Virus record (IMG/VR): IMGVR_UViG_3300009183_000059
Span: 1 to 64,000 of that record
From: a virus
Length of the DNA stretch: 64,000 nucleotides
Direction: 5' to 3' (one strand)
How positions within the stretch are numbered: position 1 is the first letter of the stretch; each line of letters starts with the position of its first letter. The translations under genes and the position numbers were made by a program. Positions 24,118-34,864 of this stretch are shown here, piece by piece. A model generated the notes under the pieces. That model was not told the DNA's origin, did no database searches, and saw only the letters and a program-made list of their open reading frames with translations.

Positions 24118-24376
24118 TGATATTCCTAAATGGAAAAATGTTCCAGCTAGACCGTGGGACCTATTTAATAAAAAAATAGGTAGAGTCTCTGTAGAGGTTG
24201 CGGCTGAGAGATTTGAGATATGTAAGGCATGCCCAAGATATGTTAAATCTACCCATCAGTGCTTAGAATGCGGATGTATTATGAATTTAAAAGTTAAGCT
24301 TCCAAATGCAGAATGCCCATTAGGTCATTGGGGACAAGTTGACCTAGAAGAAGACTTAGACACAAAAGAAGAGTAG
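24107..24376 (+). CDS. Small Cys-rich metal-binding protein (DUF6171-like)
   Basis: RFEICKACP...QCLECGCIM..K......CPLGHW. Confidence 0.75.
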   Translation: MDNNDIPKWKNVPARPWDLFNKKIGRVSVEVAAERFEICKACPRYVKSTHQCLECGCIMNLKVKLPNAECPLGHWGQVDLEEDLDTKEE

Positions 24377-24409
24377 CGATTTATGCTTTATCTAAGGTAT
24401 AATTAAATC

Positions 24410-27160
24410 ATGGCTACGTCATTTCCAACCTCAAAAGACACTCTGATTAATCCACAACCTACGGATTCACCAGAATTAGTCTCACATGCCGCCCAGCATG
24501 CTAATGCCAATGACGCAATAGAAGCCCTTGAAACTAAAGTCGGAGTTAATAATTCTGCTGATGCTACATCCCATGATTATAAGATCAGAACCCTTGAGTC
24601 CTATGCAATTAGCTATGAGACTGCTCAGGATGCCGCAGGAGCCCTTTTAGGACATACAAACCATACAAACCTTATAGCCACCTATGATGACGTTTTAAAT
24701 GAAGTTAGATTATCAGTAGCCGCTCCAGATGTTGCAAGAACAATTTATCAAACAGCAAAAAATGAAACAGGTGCAACCTTAGCAAAAGGTAAGCCAGTAT
24801 ATGTAACTGGATCAGTAGGAGCATCAGGTAAAATTAAGGTTGGATTAGCTTCAAACGTAGCAGAAGCACAATCAAGCAAAACATTTGGATTTACGGCAGA
24901 GTCTATTTCTAATAATGGCGAAGGTCAAATAATTACTGAAGGTCTTCTTTCTGATATTAATACAGTTGGCGGAGCTGACGGAGATCCAGTATGGTTAGGA
25001 GCAAGCGGCAGTTTAATATTTGGTCTTGCTAATAAGCCAGTAGCGCCAGCACACCTAGTATTTATTGGAATTGTTGTTCGTGGAGGGAATGCAAACAATG
25101 GTTCTATCTTTGTTAAAATTCAAAATGGGTTTGAGCTACAAGAGCTACATAATGTATTAATACAGTCTCCAGCAAATAACAACGCCTTGGTCTATGACTC
25201 TGCAACTAGTTTATGGAAAAACTATGACCTTAGTAACTTTTTGGCAACTAAGACTTATGCAGATACATCTGCAACAACAGCGCTAAATACAGCAAAAACA
25301 TATACAGATACTTCTATATCAAATCTTATAGATGCTGCTCCTGGAGCCTTAGACACACTTAATGAGCTAGCAGCGGCAATTAATGACGATTCCTCATATG
25401 CCGCAACAGTAACAACAGCATTAGGAACTAAACTAAATATAACTGATGCTGCATCCACATATCTATCGCTTGCAAATACAGACGAAAGGATTCAGGATGT
25501 TGTTGGCGGAATGGTATCTACAAATACAGAGGGTGGAATTGAGGTTACATATGACGATCCAACAGGAAAGTTAAACTTCAGCGTTACACCAGCACTTATA
25601 ACAGAGTTTGTAGAGTCTGCCCAAGACGCTTCAGCATCATTATTAAATCACTCTGATCATAATAAGATAACCGCTACATACAATGATGAGACAAATAAAG
25701 TAATTTTAAATGTTGATGAACCAATTAAGGTTAGCGTATCAGCTCCAGCAAATCCATTAAATGGGGATAGCTGGTTTGATCATCAGACTGGAGTTTTGTA
25801 TGTTTATGACGGATCATATTGGATTGAAGTCTCAGGTGGAACTGGATTTACCGCAAGCGGAGTAAATGATCTACCAGATACGATTGCATATTTAACTGGA
25901 GTAACAAGTAATATACAACCACAGCTGAATGCTAAAGCACCACTTTCATCTCCTTCTCTTACAGGCATACCAATAGCTCCAACAGCATTAGTAGATACAA
26001 ATACTACACAAATTGCAACAACTGCTTATGTTGTAGGTCAAGGTTATTCAAAGATAGCTTCTCCAACATTTACTGGAACAGTAGTTCTTCCAGCAACCAC
26101 TTCAATTGGAACAATAACTTCAACAGAATTAGGGTACCTTGATGGAGTAACATCAGCAATTCAAACACAGATTAATACTAAATCTCCATCTGCTTCTCCA
26201 ACATTTACTGGAACAGTAGTCTTGCCAGGAACTACATCAATAGGTACAGTTGATTCAACAGAATTAGGGTACCTTGATGGAGTAACATCAGCAATTCAAA
26301 CACAAATAAACTCTAAACTTGCAACAACAGCATTTACATATGCTGGAATTACAAAAGCATCTTATGCAAACGTAGGCTCACTTCCAGCAGCAGCATCAAA
26401 TACTGGCAAAGTTATGTATGTTACAGCTGATGGATATATGTACTATTCAACAGGAGCAACCTGGGTAAAAGTTGCAAAATTTAATGATACAACATCATTA
26501 ACATATAATATTAATGCTTTAACAGATGTTGATACTTCAACTACAGCCCCATTAATTAATCAGGTTTTAGGTTGGAACGGAACCAACTGGATTCCAGTAA
26601 ATCAAAATTCAGCAACCCCACAAATAACACTTGACGATATTACAAATGTTAATTTAACTGTGGCGCCAGAAATTGATGATGTTCTTACATATGATGGAAC
26701 AAACTGGGTTGCCTTACCTGCAGGAAGTACAACTCCAACAACCACAGCTTTTTCAGACTTAACAGATATATTTAAGACAGCAGATATGATTGCATATCCA
26801 GCTATAACAAGATTAAATGTTACTGCCTCTGGATCATCAGGATATCTTTTTACAAATCAATATAACAATACAGTTAATCCAACAATATATGCTATTTCTG
26901 GAACAACAATTGCGTTTAATCTAAATGTGCCAGGACATCCATTTTTAATTCAAACAACTGGAGGAGTCAATAGTAATTTAGGGCTAATTCACGTAGATAT
27001 AGATGGAACTGAAGGTATTGGTGGCGCAGCTCAGGCAAAGACTAGTGGAACTGTCTATTGGCAAATACCAGTTAATGTTACTGGAAATTATAAATACCAG
27101 TGTGCTGCACATACAGTAATGAATGGCATTATTACAATTAAGGATATATCAGCAATATGA
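24410..27160 (+). CDS. Long tail fibre protein, probably leaderless
   Basis: Fibre repeats (TYDD, LDTLNELAAA, SPTFTGTV, TELGYLDGVTSAIQTQ); C-terminal cupredoxin-like HPF...YQCAAHTVMNG; TATAAT ends 6 nt before ATG. Confidence 0.8.
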   Translation: MATSFPTSKDTLINPQPTDSPELVSHAAQHANANDAIEALETKVGVNNSADATSHDYKIRTLESYAISYETAQDAAGALLGHTNHTNLIATYDDVLNEVRLSVAAPDVARTIYQTAKNETGATLAKGKPVYVTGSVGASGKIKVGLASNVAEAQSSKTFGFTAESISNNGEGQIITEGLLSDINTVGGADGDPVWLGASGSLIFGLANKPVAPAHLVFIGIVVRGGNANNGSIFVKIQNGFELQELHNVLIQSPANNNALVYDSATSLWKNYDLSNFLATKTYADTSATTALNTAKTYTDTSISNLIDAAPGALDTLNELAAAINDDSSYAATVTTALGTKLNITDAASTYLSLANTDERIQDVVGGMVSTNTEGGIEVTYDDPTGKLNFSVTPALITEFVESAQDASASLLNHSDHNKITATYNDETNKVILNVDEPIKVSVSAPANPLNGDSWFDHQTGVLYVYDGSYWIEVSGGTGFTASGVNDLPDTIAYLTGVTSNIQPQLNAKAPLSSPSLTGIPIAPTALVDTNTTQIATTAYVVGQGYSKIASPTFTGTVVLPATTSIGTITSTELGYLDGVTSAIQTQINTKSPSASPTFTGTVVLPGTTSIGTVDSTELGYLDGVTSAIQTQINSKLATTAFTYAGITKASYANVGSLPAAASNTGKVMYVTADGYMYYSTGATWVKVAKFNDTTSLTYNINALTDVDTSTTAPLINQVLGWNGTNWIPVNQNSATPQITLDDITNVNLTVAPEIDDVLTYDGTNWVALPAGSTTPTTTAFSDLTDIFKTADMIAYPAITRLNVTASGSSGYLFTNQYNNTVNPTIYAISGTTIAFNLNVPGHPFLIQTTGGVNSNLGLIHVDIDGTEGIGGAAQAKTSGTVYWQIPVNVTGNYKYQCAAHTVMNGIITIKDISAI
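26057..26310 (+). repeat. Intragenic tandem repeat, 135-bp period (45 aa)
   Basis: GCTTCTCCAACATTTACTGGAACAGTAGT at 26057 and 26192; TCAACAGAATTAGGGTACCTTGATGGAGTAACATCAGCAATTCAAACACA occurs twice. Confidence 0.8.
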
Positions 27161-27396
27161 TAATGGAAACAGTAGGAAACTTTAAGTGGAAAATGGAAAA
27201 CAGTGAAAATGTTCCACTTTTTGATATAACCATAAAAAACATATCTGATAACAAAACAGTGTTAATAACAGATATTGTGTGGGCAACTGGTCGTGAAGAT
27301 CTACTTGCAGAATTTTATAGGTCAGCAATTGAAACTTTAAATGGTGAAGATATCTGCTGCTATGATGGCAAGGTTTCATTAGTAGAGGAGATCTAG
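27157..27396 (+). CDS. Hypothetical protein
   Basis: 79 aa, ATGA overlap. Confidence 0.65.
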   Translation: MIMETVGNFKWKMENSENVPLFDITIKNISDNKTVLITDIVWATGREDLLAEFYRSAIETLNGEDICCYDGKVSLVEEI

Positions 27397-27397
27397 T

Positions 27398-28597
27398 ATG
27401 GCAACATTTTTCCCAGCAAATCCAACGATAAACCAAGAATATAATGGCTACAAATGGAATGGCGAAGCTTGGCGTATTATAAATGTTGAAAGAGAAACAG
27501 CTCAAGATGACGTTGCAGCAATGCTTACTCATGCAAGCCATCAGAACATTACGGTAACATATGATGACGCTAATAATAAGGTAATATTTACTGGCTTTCC
27601 ACAACTAACCCAAGAACAGATACAAGATTTCCTTGCCCCAATGTTTACTCATGGGACAAACTCAAATATAACTGCAACATATGATGATGAAGCAAACAAG
27701 ATGATGCTTGAGGCAACAATTCCTCCATCTAAAGCTTATATGTCTGTTATGGCACCAGCCAGCCCAATTGATGGACAGATATGGTTTGATACAGATGAGG
27801 CAAGAGCTGGAGTAACGGGTGCATTAAAAATATGGAATGCTTTAACAAGCCAATGGGTATTTTTAAATCCTAATTTATCTCAATCAACAACAAATACCTG
27901 GACATCAAATAATACATTTAATAATGGTGTAATCATTGGATTGGGCGCCGCTCCAACTTCACCAGTCGCAGGTCAAATTTATTATAACTTAACTTTAAAA
28001 AAACTTAAAATATTTGATGGAGAGCTTTGGCAAGATGTTCAAGGATCTGGCGGCGGCGGAGGCCTTAGTTTAACAGCTACAGATTTAACAGTTCCACCAA
28101 GTACATTTTTTGTTGGATTAATTGCTCCTCCAAGCGGAGCTACAAATACTGGTGATTTGTGGATTGATATTGATGATGATGCTGGCGAAACAGAATTTAT
28201 TTATGCTGGACCAGAAGCTCCAACAAACTACGGTACAGACACTCTTTGGATTGATACAGATGAACCAATTACAGAATTAATATATAGTGCAAATGAACCA
28301 GCAAACCCATCATATACTGGAGAGCTTTGGATAGATTTAGATGATACTTCAGGACAATCAATATTATCTTCAACTACTGCACCATCCCCATCAGAAACAG
28401 AATTTTGGTTAGATTTAACGTCAGAAGAAGGCTCTATATCTTATACAAACGTATCAGATCTGCCTTTAGCATCAGCATCTCTAGGTGTCTTAGCTTATGT
28501 TACTTCAAATCAATCTTTATATATTGGAACAAGTCAAGGCTGGAAGAAATTTTATCCTAACTATGATTCGGAAGCATTAGTCTGGATGGGCTTTTGA
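27398..28597 (+). CDS. Fibre protein with acidic G(D/E)LWID repeats
   Basis: TYDD repeats, GQIWFD, several LWIDxD repeats. Confidence 0.75.
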   Translation: MATFFPANPTINQEYNGYKWNGEAWRIINVERETAQDDVAAMLTHASHQNITVTYDDANNKVIFTGFPQLTQEQIQDFLAPMFTHGTNSNITATYDDEANKMMLEATIPPSKAYMSVMAPASPIDGQIWFDTDEARAGVTGALKIWNALTSQWVFLNPNLSQSTTNTWTSNNTFNNGVIIGLGAAPTSPVAGQIYYNLTLKKLKIFDGELWQDVQGSGGGGGLSLTATDLTVPPSTFFVGLIAPPSGATNTGDLWIDIDDDAGETEFIYAGPEAPTNYGTDTLWIDTDEPITELIYSANEPANPSYTGELWIDLDDTSGQSILSSTTAPSPSETEFWLDLTSEEGSISYTNVSDLPLASASLGVLAYVTSNQSLYIGTSQGWKKFYPNYDSEALVWMGF

Positions 28598-28634
28598 TAA
28601 CTAATTATAGTATAATTAAGGCGAGGTATCAAAC

Positions 28635-29255
28635 ATGTCATTAAAACGTTGGAACGGCTCAGCTTGGGTTGTAGTCGCAGGATCACGTCCTGGAGCACAA
28701 GGTCCTCAAGGACTTCCTGGTGCTGCAGCAACTGTTTCTGTTGGTACAGTAACAACACTACCTTCAGGATCAACACCAACTGTTGTAAATAGCGGAACAT
28801 CCTCAGCAGCAGTATTAAATTTTAGTCTCCCAACTGGCACAGCAGGCCCAGCAGGTACTCCAGGAGCCGCAGGACCTCAAGGAACGGCAGGACAAAGAGG
28901 TTCCTATAACTATACTGGAATTGCTAATCCAACAGCCTTAAATCCAGCAAATAAACTAGGTTTAGATAATTATTTAAATACAACAACAGGCGATTGGTTC
29001 CAATATAATTCATCTACATCTCAGTGGACATTGCAAGGAAATATTCGTGGAACTCAAGGTATACAAGGTATCAAGGGTGATACTGGAGCGGTAGGTCCTT
29101 CTGGTAATGAACTAGCAAATGCTATACTAGAGGAGACTACAGTGGCTAGAGTTGATGCTATGCTCAATCTTGGCTTGTATTATCCAAAATATACAAGTAC
29201 CGTTACACAAACACAGCTTAACAGTAGATTCGCAGCATCAAGTTATTTATTTTAG
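28635..29255 (+). CDS. Collagen-repeat fibre protein
   Basis: G-X-Y stretches; ATVSVGTVTTL...VVNSGTSSAAVLNF. Confidence 0.8.
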   Translation: MSLKRWNGSAWVVVAGSRPGAQGPQGLPGAAATVSVGTVTTLPSGSTPTVVNSGTSSAAVLNFSLPTGTAGPAGTPGAAGPQGTAGQRGSYNYTGIANPTALNPANKLGLDNYLNTTTGDWFQYNSSTSQWTLQGNIRGTQGIQGIKGDTGAVGPSGNELANAILEETTVARVDAMLNLGLYYPKYTSTVTQTQLNSRFAASSYLF

Positions 29256-29264
29256 GGAGAAAAA

Positions 29265-32200
29265 ATGGCAAGAAGACAAATAGAAGAAACATACTATACG
29301 TTTAACCCAGCAACAAATACTGTTGTTGTCCCTAGAATTATTCTTCAAGACCGCTTAATGCTTATTACAAATACCACTAAGGGTACAGTAATTTATAATT
29401 TTTCAGATCCAACAATTAATGCTTATAGCTTTTCAGTAGATAATGAAGTTGGATACGATCCAAAAACAACAATTGTTTTAAAGTATAATTGCAGCGGAAT
29501 GAATGCTAATGATAAGTTAGCAATTATTGTTGATGAAGTAGCAGAAACAATGACATTTACAGAGCCACTATTAGATGCAGTAAATAAGCTTCGTGTGGCA
29601 CCACCACAATCACTTATTGATACAGACTTTGAGTATGGCGTTCAGGGATCTAAATGGGAAGCATTAGTTCTTACAGCAAACTATCCATCATTCTTTTCAA
29701 GAGCAACAGGCGGTAACTCTTTTGACCTTGCATCTATGGTTGGCGACGGCACCTCACCAAGATCATTAGTTACGGTTAATGTTGTTTCACCAGCCACAGA
29801 CCTTGCTGCGGGAGATGTTATATCAGTTCAAGATTCATTAAATCCACTTTCAGAAGGAACATATCCAATTGAAACAGTTTCTGCTGATGGATTTACATTT
29901 ACATTTAGAGCTTCTGGAGTCGTAAGCGGAAACCTAAGAGACGGTACTCTTACAGCAGTAACAGGTGGAGGAATCTATGACAATGCTCATATTCCAGGAG
30001 GAAATGCAGCATCTGGTCTAAATGGATGGTCTGCATACTCTGATGAAGCAACACTATCTACTATTACAGTAACAACAAGCAATCCACATGGATTGCTTCC
30101 AGGAACACCAATTCTTATTGGAAATCAAAATGCTGCTTGTCCTATAGCTGGTACTTGGAGAATATTTAATGTATCTACTCCAAACCAATTTAAATTTAAA
30201 ATGACATCAACAGTAACAAATTCTTCAATGGTTACATCTGGAGTTGGACTTTATGCTAAGCCAAACGGATATGTTCAGCATCGTCCATTTGACGGAGGTG
30301 TTATTCTTTCTACAACAGATAACGTTTGCGGAGTTAGAGTAGTTAGACAGACACGTAGATATTTTAGATATCAATCTGGTAAGGCTATGCAGTTCTCAAC
30401 AGGTGTTAAGTTCACACCAACATTTGATATTGATGGAATTACAGTTGCTGGAGTTCTTCCAGGTAGCCAAACAGTTACAGTTCAAACAATTCAAGACCAT
30501 GGTTTACAACCAGGTGCCAAGATTAAGGTTGAAGGTGTAGTAACTGCTGGTTCGTATAATCCATGGAATGGAAAGTTTGTCGTAACTAACATTCTTGGAA
30601 CCAACTCTTTCCAATACAACATGGTATTAACACAAGGACTTCAAGCAACAGATCAGTTCCCAGGTGGTATTGATGTAAAGGCAACTGTTTATGAATGGGA
30701 TGGAGCCGCAACACGCTGTGGACTTTATAATGATCAAAACGGATTCTTCTTTGAATATGATGGAACATATCTATATGCAGTAAGAAGATTTACTAAAAAA
30801 GAATTATTTGGAAGACTTTCTGTAACACAAAATTCAAATATTATTACAGGAATAGGTACAAGATTTAGAAAGCAATTATTAGTTGGAGATCACGTTGTTA
30901 TTAAGGGTGCTAACTATACAGTAGCTGAAATTTCAAGCGATACAAGAATGGCAGTTACACCTGCTTATAAGGGTGCAACAAATGCAACTTCAAGATATCT
31001 TATAACTCAAGAAATTCGTGTTCCTCAAACTGAGTGGAGCATGGATAGAATGGATGGCACAGGCCCTTCAGGATACACACTTGATACAACTCAAATGCAG
31101 ATGGCCTATATTGACTATACTTGGTATGGCGCAGGATTTATTAGATTTGGATTTAGAACTACTGAAGGTAATATTGCATATTGCCATAGAATGCCAAATA
31201 ATAATACAAATACTGAAGCATACATGCGTTCTGGTAACCTTCCAGCTAGATATGAAGCAATTAACTCTCCATTCTTTAATACAAAGCTTAAGGCTGGTGG
31301 AAATGGAATTGTTGGATCTACATTAGCATCATCAGAAATTCTTATGTATGTTGATAGCATCAAGTTTTGGCCAACAGAAGGCTGGCTAATCATTAAAGAT
31401 AGCTCAGCTGTTGAGATTTGCTCATATACAATCACAAACCCTGTATACAATCCAACAGCTCAAGGATATGCAGTAAATATTAATCGTAGACAACCTATGA
31501 CGTCATTCTTTGGCGGAACTCCATGGCAATTAAGTGGAACTGCTAACTCAGCAACATTTACACCAGATTCAACAATTACAAATGGTTCAGGAACATCTCA
31601 AGTATCAGTTCAAACAATTACAAATACATGTGCGCCAGTTATTTCACACTGGGGATCATCAGTAATTATGGACGGACGATTTGATGATGATAAGAACTTT
31701 ATCTTTACAGCAGGTATGCAGAGATTTATGAATATTGCAGGTTCTGGTACAGTTACAGCTAAGGTTGCAACTAAGTCAGCAACAGGTGGAGTAGCAACAC
31801 TTACTACAACATCACCACACGGATTACAGCCAGGATATGTAGCAACAATTTCAGATGTTAATACTAAAGCAGTTATTACATCAGTTCAAAGAACTTCTCC
31901 TACTAGCTTAACATTTACTACAGCTGGACCACACAACTTCTTAGCAGGATTTAACTTAACAATTGCAAACGTTACATTATCAAATACTGGATCCACAGGA
32001 CTTGTAGTTACAAATGCTATTTTAAATGTTGCAAATGGAACAAGAACAATTGATACAGTTCCTACAACAAATTCATTTACAATTACTTTGGCTGGAGCAT
32101 ATGGTTACCTATTAGCAAGTCAACCATCAACTGCTCTAGCAACAGAAAGCTCAATATTTAATGGTTCATATACAGTATCTGCAGTTACTGGAAATACAAT

Positions 32201-32828
32201 TCAATATAGTATTGCAAATACACAAACAATTCCATCATCTATTGTTACTCCAAATGGTAACGTACAGCAATCATTTGGTTCTGCAGCAGTTGCTAGACCA
32301 CTGATTTCAATCAGAATTGCTCCTTCAGCAGATAATGGTATTGGAAGAAACTACGGTATTCGTGAGATTATTAATACAATGCAGCTACAACTTCAGTCAC
32401 TAGGAATCTTGGCTCAAGGAACATTCCTTATTCAGGGTCTTTACAACGTAGCTAAGTTCCCAACTGGAGTTAATATTCCATCAGACTGGGAGCTTAAGAG
32501 AGTTCCAGGTGGATCACTAGCACAGGTAATCTACCATGATAATACTGGAATTACTGGAACAACAGTAACAACACCACTTAGTACAGTTCAAGGCGGAGAC
32601 CAGGCATTTGCGTTCTACGTATCTGGTACAGGTACAGAATATAATACAACAACATTCGATCTTTCAAAGGTCAGAGATCTTGGAACATCTATTCTTTCTG
32701 GAAATGGTAACTTTACAGCACCAGGATTTCCAAATGGTCCAGACATTTTAACAATTGTTGCAACTAACTTAGGTTTAACATCTTCAGATATTTCAGCTCG
32801 TCTTTCATGGACTGAAGCTCAGGCTTAA
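29265..32828 (+). CDS. Large virion structural protein
   Basis: 1187 aa, beta-rich, repeated T..PHGL.PG modules, IDTDFEYG, YFRYQSGK, WYGAG. Confidence 0.7.
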   Translation: MARRQIEETYYTFNPATNTVVVPRIILQDRLMLITNTTKGTVIYNFSDPTINAYSFSVDNEVGYDPKTTIVLKYNCSGMNANDKLAIIVDEVAETMTFTEPLLDAVNKLRVAPPQSLIDTDFEYGVQGSKWEALVLTANYPSFFSRATGGNSFDLASMVGDGTSPRSLVTVNVVSPATDLAAGDVISVQDSLNPLSEGTYPIETVSADGFTFTFRASGVVSGNLRDGTLTAVTGGGIYDNAHIPGGNAASGLNGWSAYSDEATLSTITVTTSNPHGLLPGTPILIGNQNAACPIAGTWRIFNVSTPNQFKFKMTSTVTNSSMVTSGVGLYAKPNGYVQHRPFDGGVILSTTDNVCGVRVVRQTRRYFRYQSGKAMQFSTGVKFTPTFDIDGITVAGVLPGSQTVTVQTIQDHGLQPGAKIKVEGVVTAGSYNPWNGKFVVTNILGTNSFQYNMVLTQGLQATDQFPGGIDVKATVYEWDGAATRCGLYNDQNGFFFEYDGTYLYAVRRFTKKELFGRLSVTQNSNIITGIGTRFRKQLLVGDHVVIKGANYTVAEISSDTRMAVTPAYKGATNATSRYLITQEIRVPQTEWSMDRMDGTGPSGYTLDTTQMQMAYIDYTWYGAGFIRFGFRTTEGNIAYCHRMPNNNTNTEAYMRSGNLPARYEAINSPFFNTKLKAGGNGIVGSTLASSEILMYVDSIKFWPTEGWLIIKDSSAVEICSYTITNPVYNPTAQGYAVNINRRQPMTSFFGGTPWQLSGTANSATFTPDSTITNGSGTSQVSVQTITNTCAPVISHWGSSVIMDGRFDDDKNFIFTAGMQRFMNIAGSGTVTAKVATKSATGGVATLTTTSPHGLQPGYVATISDVNTKAVITSVQRTSPTSLTFTTAGPHNFLAGFNLTIANVTLSNTGSTGLVVTNAILNVANGTRTIDTVPTTNSFTITLAGAYGYLLASQPSTALATESSIFNGSYTVSAVTGNTIQYSIANTQTIPSSIVTPNGNVQQSFGSAAVARPLISIRIAPSADNGIGRNYGIREIINTMQLQLQSLGILAQGTFLIQGLYNVAKFPTGVNIPSDWELKRVPGGSLAQVIYHDNTGITGTTVTTPLSTVQGGDQAFAFYVSGTGTEYNTTTFDLSKVRDLGTSILSGNGNFTAPGFPNGPDILTIVATNLGLTSSDISARLSWTEAQA

Positions 32829-32840
32829 AAGGGAGAAAAA

Positions 32841-33509
32841 GTGCCAGACTATAGCACACTCAATGATGAAATCGCAGTCTTAAAAACTAAGATTGATGGG
32901 TTAACGTCTCAGACTCTTACAGCAGAAAGCATAATGTATGTTGCTGAGTCCCTTACAATTCTTGGAGAGCTTTTAGGTGTAAAGGATATTGTTGGTGCAA
33001 CTGCAGCAGCAATAACACAATTGAATACGGCAAGAGACGCAGCCATAACAGTAGTTCAAGGAACTGCTAATGGTACTGCTGTTTCTAATCTTCAATCTTC
33101 ATATACCACACTTAATGCAGCATATAATAATATTGCTCCTAGAACTACTTCACTTGAAGCACAGATAAACTCTCAAACTTCAGCAATTGCAACCGCTTCT
33201 GCTCAAGCAGCAGCAGCATCATATAATCCTTGGCAAATAATTACAGGAACATCATATCAAGCTTTTGCAAAAGATAGACTAATGGTAGTTCCAGTTGCAT
33301 CACAAGTAATTACACTTCCACCTGGACCAGCAATTGGAGATGTTATTGAGATTATTGATATTGCAGGAACGGCAGGAACAACAAACTTTACAATAAATAG
33401 ATCTGGAGAAAGAATTCAGGGTCTAGTAGAGAACCTAGTGTTTAACGTAAATGGAAAGAGAATTAAATTGTTATACTCAAATATTACATATGGTTGGAGG
33501 ATCATCTAA
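32841..33509 (+). CDS. Fibre adaptor protein, paralogue of 34865-35197
   Basis: DYSTL...KIDxLTSxTL...LGxLLGV N-terminus; ITLPPGPAIGD...GW C-terminal domain. Confidence 0.7.
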   Translation: MPDYSTLNDEIAVLKTKIDGLTSQTLTAESIMYVAESLTILGELLGVKDIVGATAAAITQLNTARDAAITVVQGTANGTAVSNLQSSYTTLNAAYNNIAPRTTSLEAQINSQTSAIATASAQAAAASYNPWQIITGTSYQAFAKDRLMVVPVASQVITLPPGPAIGDVIEIIDIAGTAGTTNFTINRSGERIQGLVENLVFNVNGKRIKLLYSNITYGWRII

Positions 33510-34444
33510 TGCCAGATTTAAATTCCGTTCTTACTTTAGGGTCAGGACTTAAAGCAGCAGATCTAGCAACTATTGGTGTTACTGGCACATCCCTTGGCAT
33601 TACACCAGCGTCGCTTGGCGTTAAGTCAATGCTTGATAATGAATTTCAAGAGGTAACTGATGGTTCAAGATTCCCATATCATATTCCAACAATCTATACA
33701 ATTAACAACAGAAACCCTACTTGGCAGGGAGCCTGGGGTTCAGGTGATGGATGGGGAGCATATTACAACTATATGAACTCAACATCAGACCATGAAAGAA
33801 ACTTTCATATGTCTCATGGAAAGCACAATCGTCAGCAGACTAACAGCTACTCATCAGTAGAAAATAGAGCTCACAACGTTATCCAGTATGCAAAGGGTAA
33901 CGTAGTTGGAGGCGGACAGGTACACAATATTATGGAAGATTCAGCGTATCAGGGATTCTCAATGAGATCTATGTATATTAGAAACTTTCACCCAACACTA
34001 TCTAAAACAATTACAGTTTATGGCTGGTATGCAAATTACTGGGCGCAAGGTTATGAAGGCTCCGCAATGTATTATGGAATACCAACTGGAGCAGGCAAGC
34101 TATACTCACAAGCTACTGGAATGACATGGACAACTATGGCAAACAGATCTTCTGGTAACTCAACATATACATGGTCTGGAACAATGACAATTCCAGCACT
34201 ACAGACAGCGTTTCTTTGCCAGACATCAACTTATTACTGGTGGCAGGGTGGCTATGGCGGAAAGGCATTAGAAGTAAATAAATTCTATGACCTACATACT
34301 ACATTTGCAGACAAGTGGATTCAGCCAGATATGAGAATGACTATGACAGCACATAACTACGCAGATCTTGATGATACCGCATATAATGGATATTCTTCTC
34401 ATAGACTATGGAATAGATGTGCTACTATTTATGGAGATAGATAA
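33509..34444 (+). CDS. Putative receptor-binding/adhesin protein (start revised)
   Basis: GGAGG RBS and TAATG coupling; aromatic/Gly-rich. Confidence 0.6.
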   Translation: MPDLNSVLTLGSGLKAADLATIGVTGTSLGITPASLGVKSMLDNEFQEVTDGSRFPYHIPTIYTINNRNPTWQGAWGSGDGWGAYYNYMNSTSDHERNFHMSHGKHNRQQTNSYSSVENRAHNVIQYAKGNVVGGGQVHNIMEDSAYQGFSMRSMYIRNFHPTLSKTITVYGWYANYWAQGYEGSAMYYGIPTGAGKLYSQATGMTWTTMANRSSGNSTYTWSGTMTIPALQTAFLCQTSTYYWWQGGYGGKALEVNKFYDLHTTFADKWIQPDMRMTMTAHNYADLDDTAYNGYSSHRLWNRCATIYGDR

Positions 34445-34818
34445 TGATTTATATTAAATTTGATGAAAACGGTATTCAAGAAGAAACTAGATACGCAGAA
34501 GAGTCTCCTGGTGCAGATTGGCATCCAGTAAATTCTGATATAGACGGTAAGTTCTATAAGTTATCAAATGGTGCTCCCGTTGCAATGACAAAAAAACAAC
34601 TAGAAGATTATAGACTGGGATTAAGAAAAACTTGGGTCATTATGGATGCAAGAGTTAAAAGAGACAGAGCTTTAATGGAGTCAGACTGGACGCAACTTCC
34701 TTCATCTCCATTATCTGATGCAAAAAAGGCAGAGTGGGAAACTTATAGACAAGCCCTACGTGACTTTCCATCAGTAGTAGAAAACGACTTAGAAGCAGTA
34801 TTTCCAGCACAACCGTAA
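34444..34818 (+). CDS. Tail fibre assembly chaperone
   Basis: RDRALMESDWTQL...WETYRQALRD...FP motif. Confidence 0.85.
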   Translation: MIYIKFDENGIQEETRYAEESPGADWHPVNSDIDGKFYKLSNGAPVAMTKKQLEDYRLGLRKTWVIMDARVKRDRALMESDWTQLPSSPLSDAKKAEWETYRQALRDFPSVVENDLEAVFPAQP

Positions 34819-34864
34819 TAATTACGGGCATGCTATAATTAAGACAAAGAGGTGGTAGTAAAAA

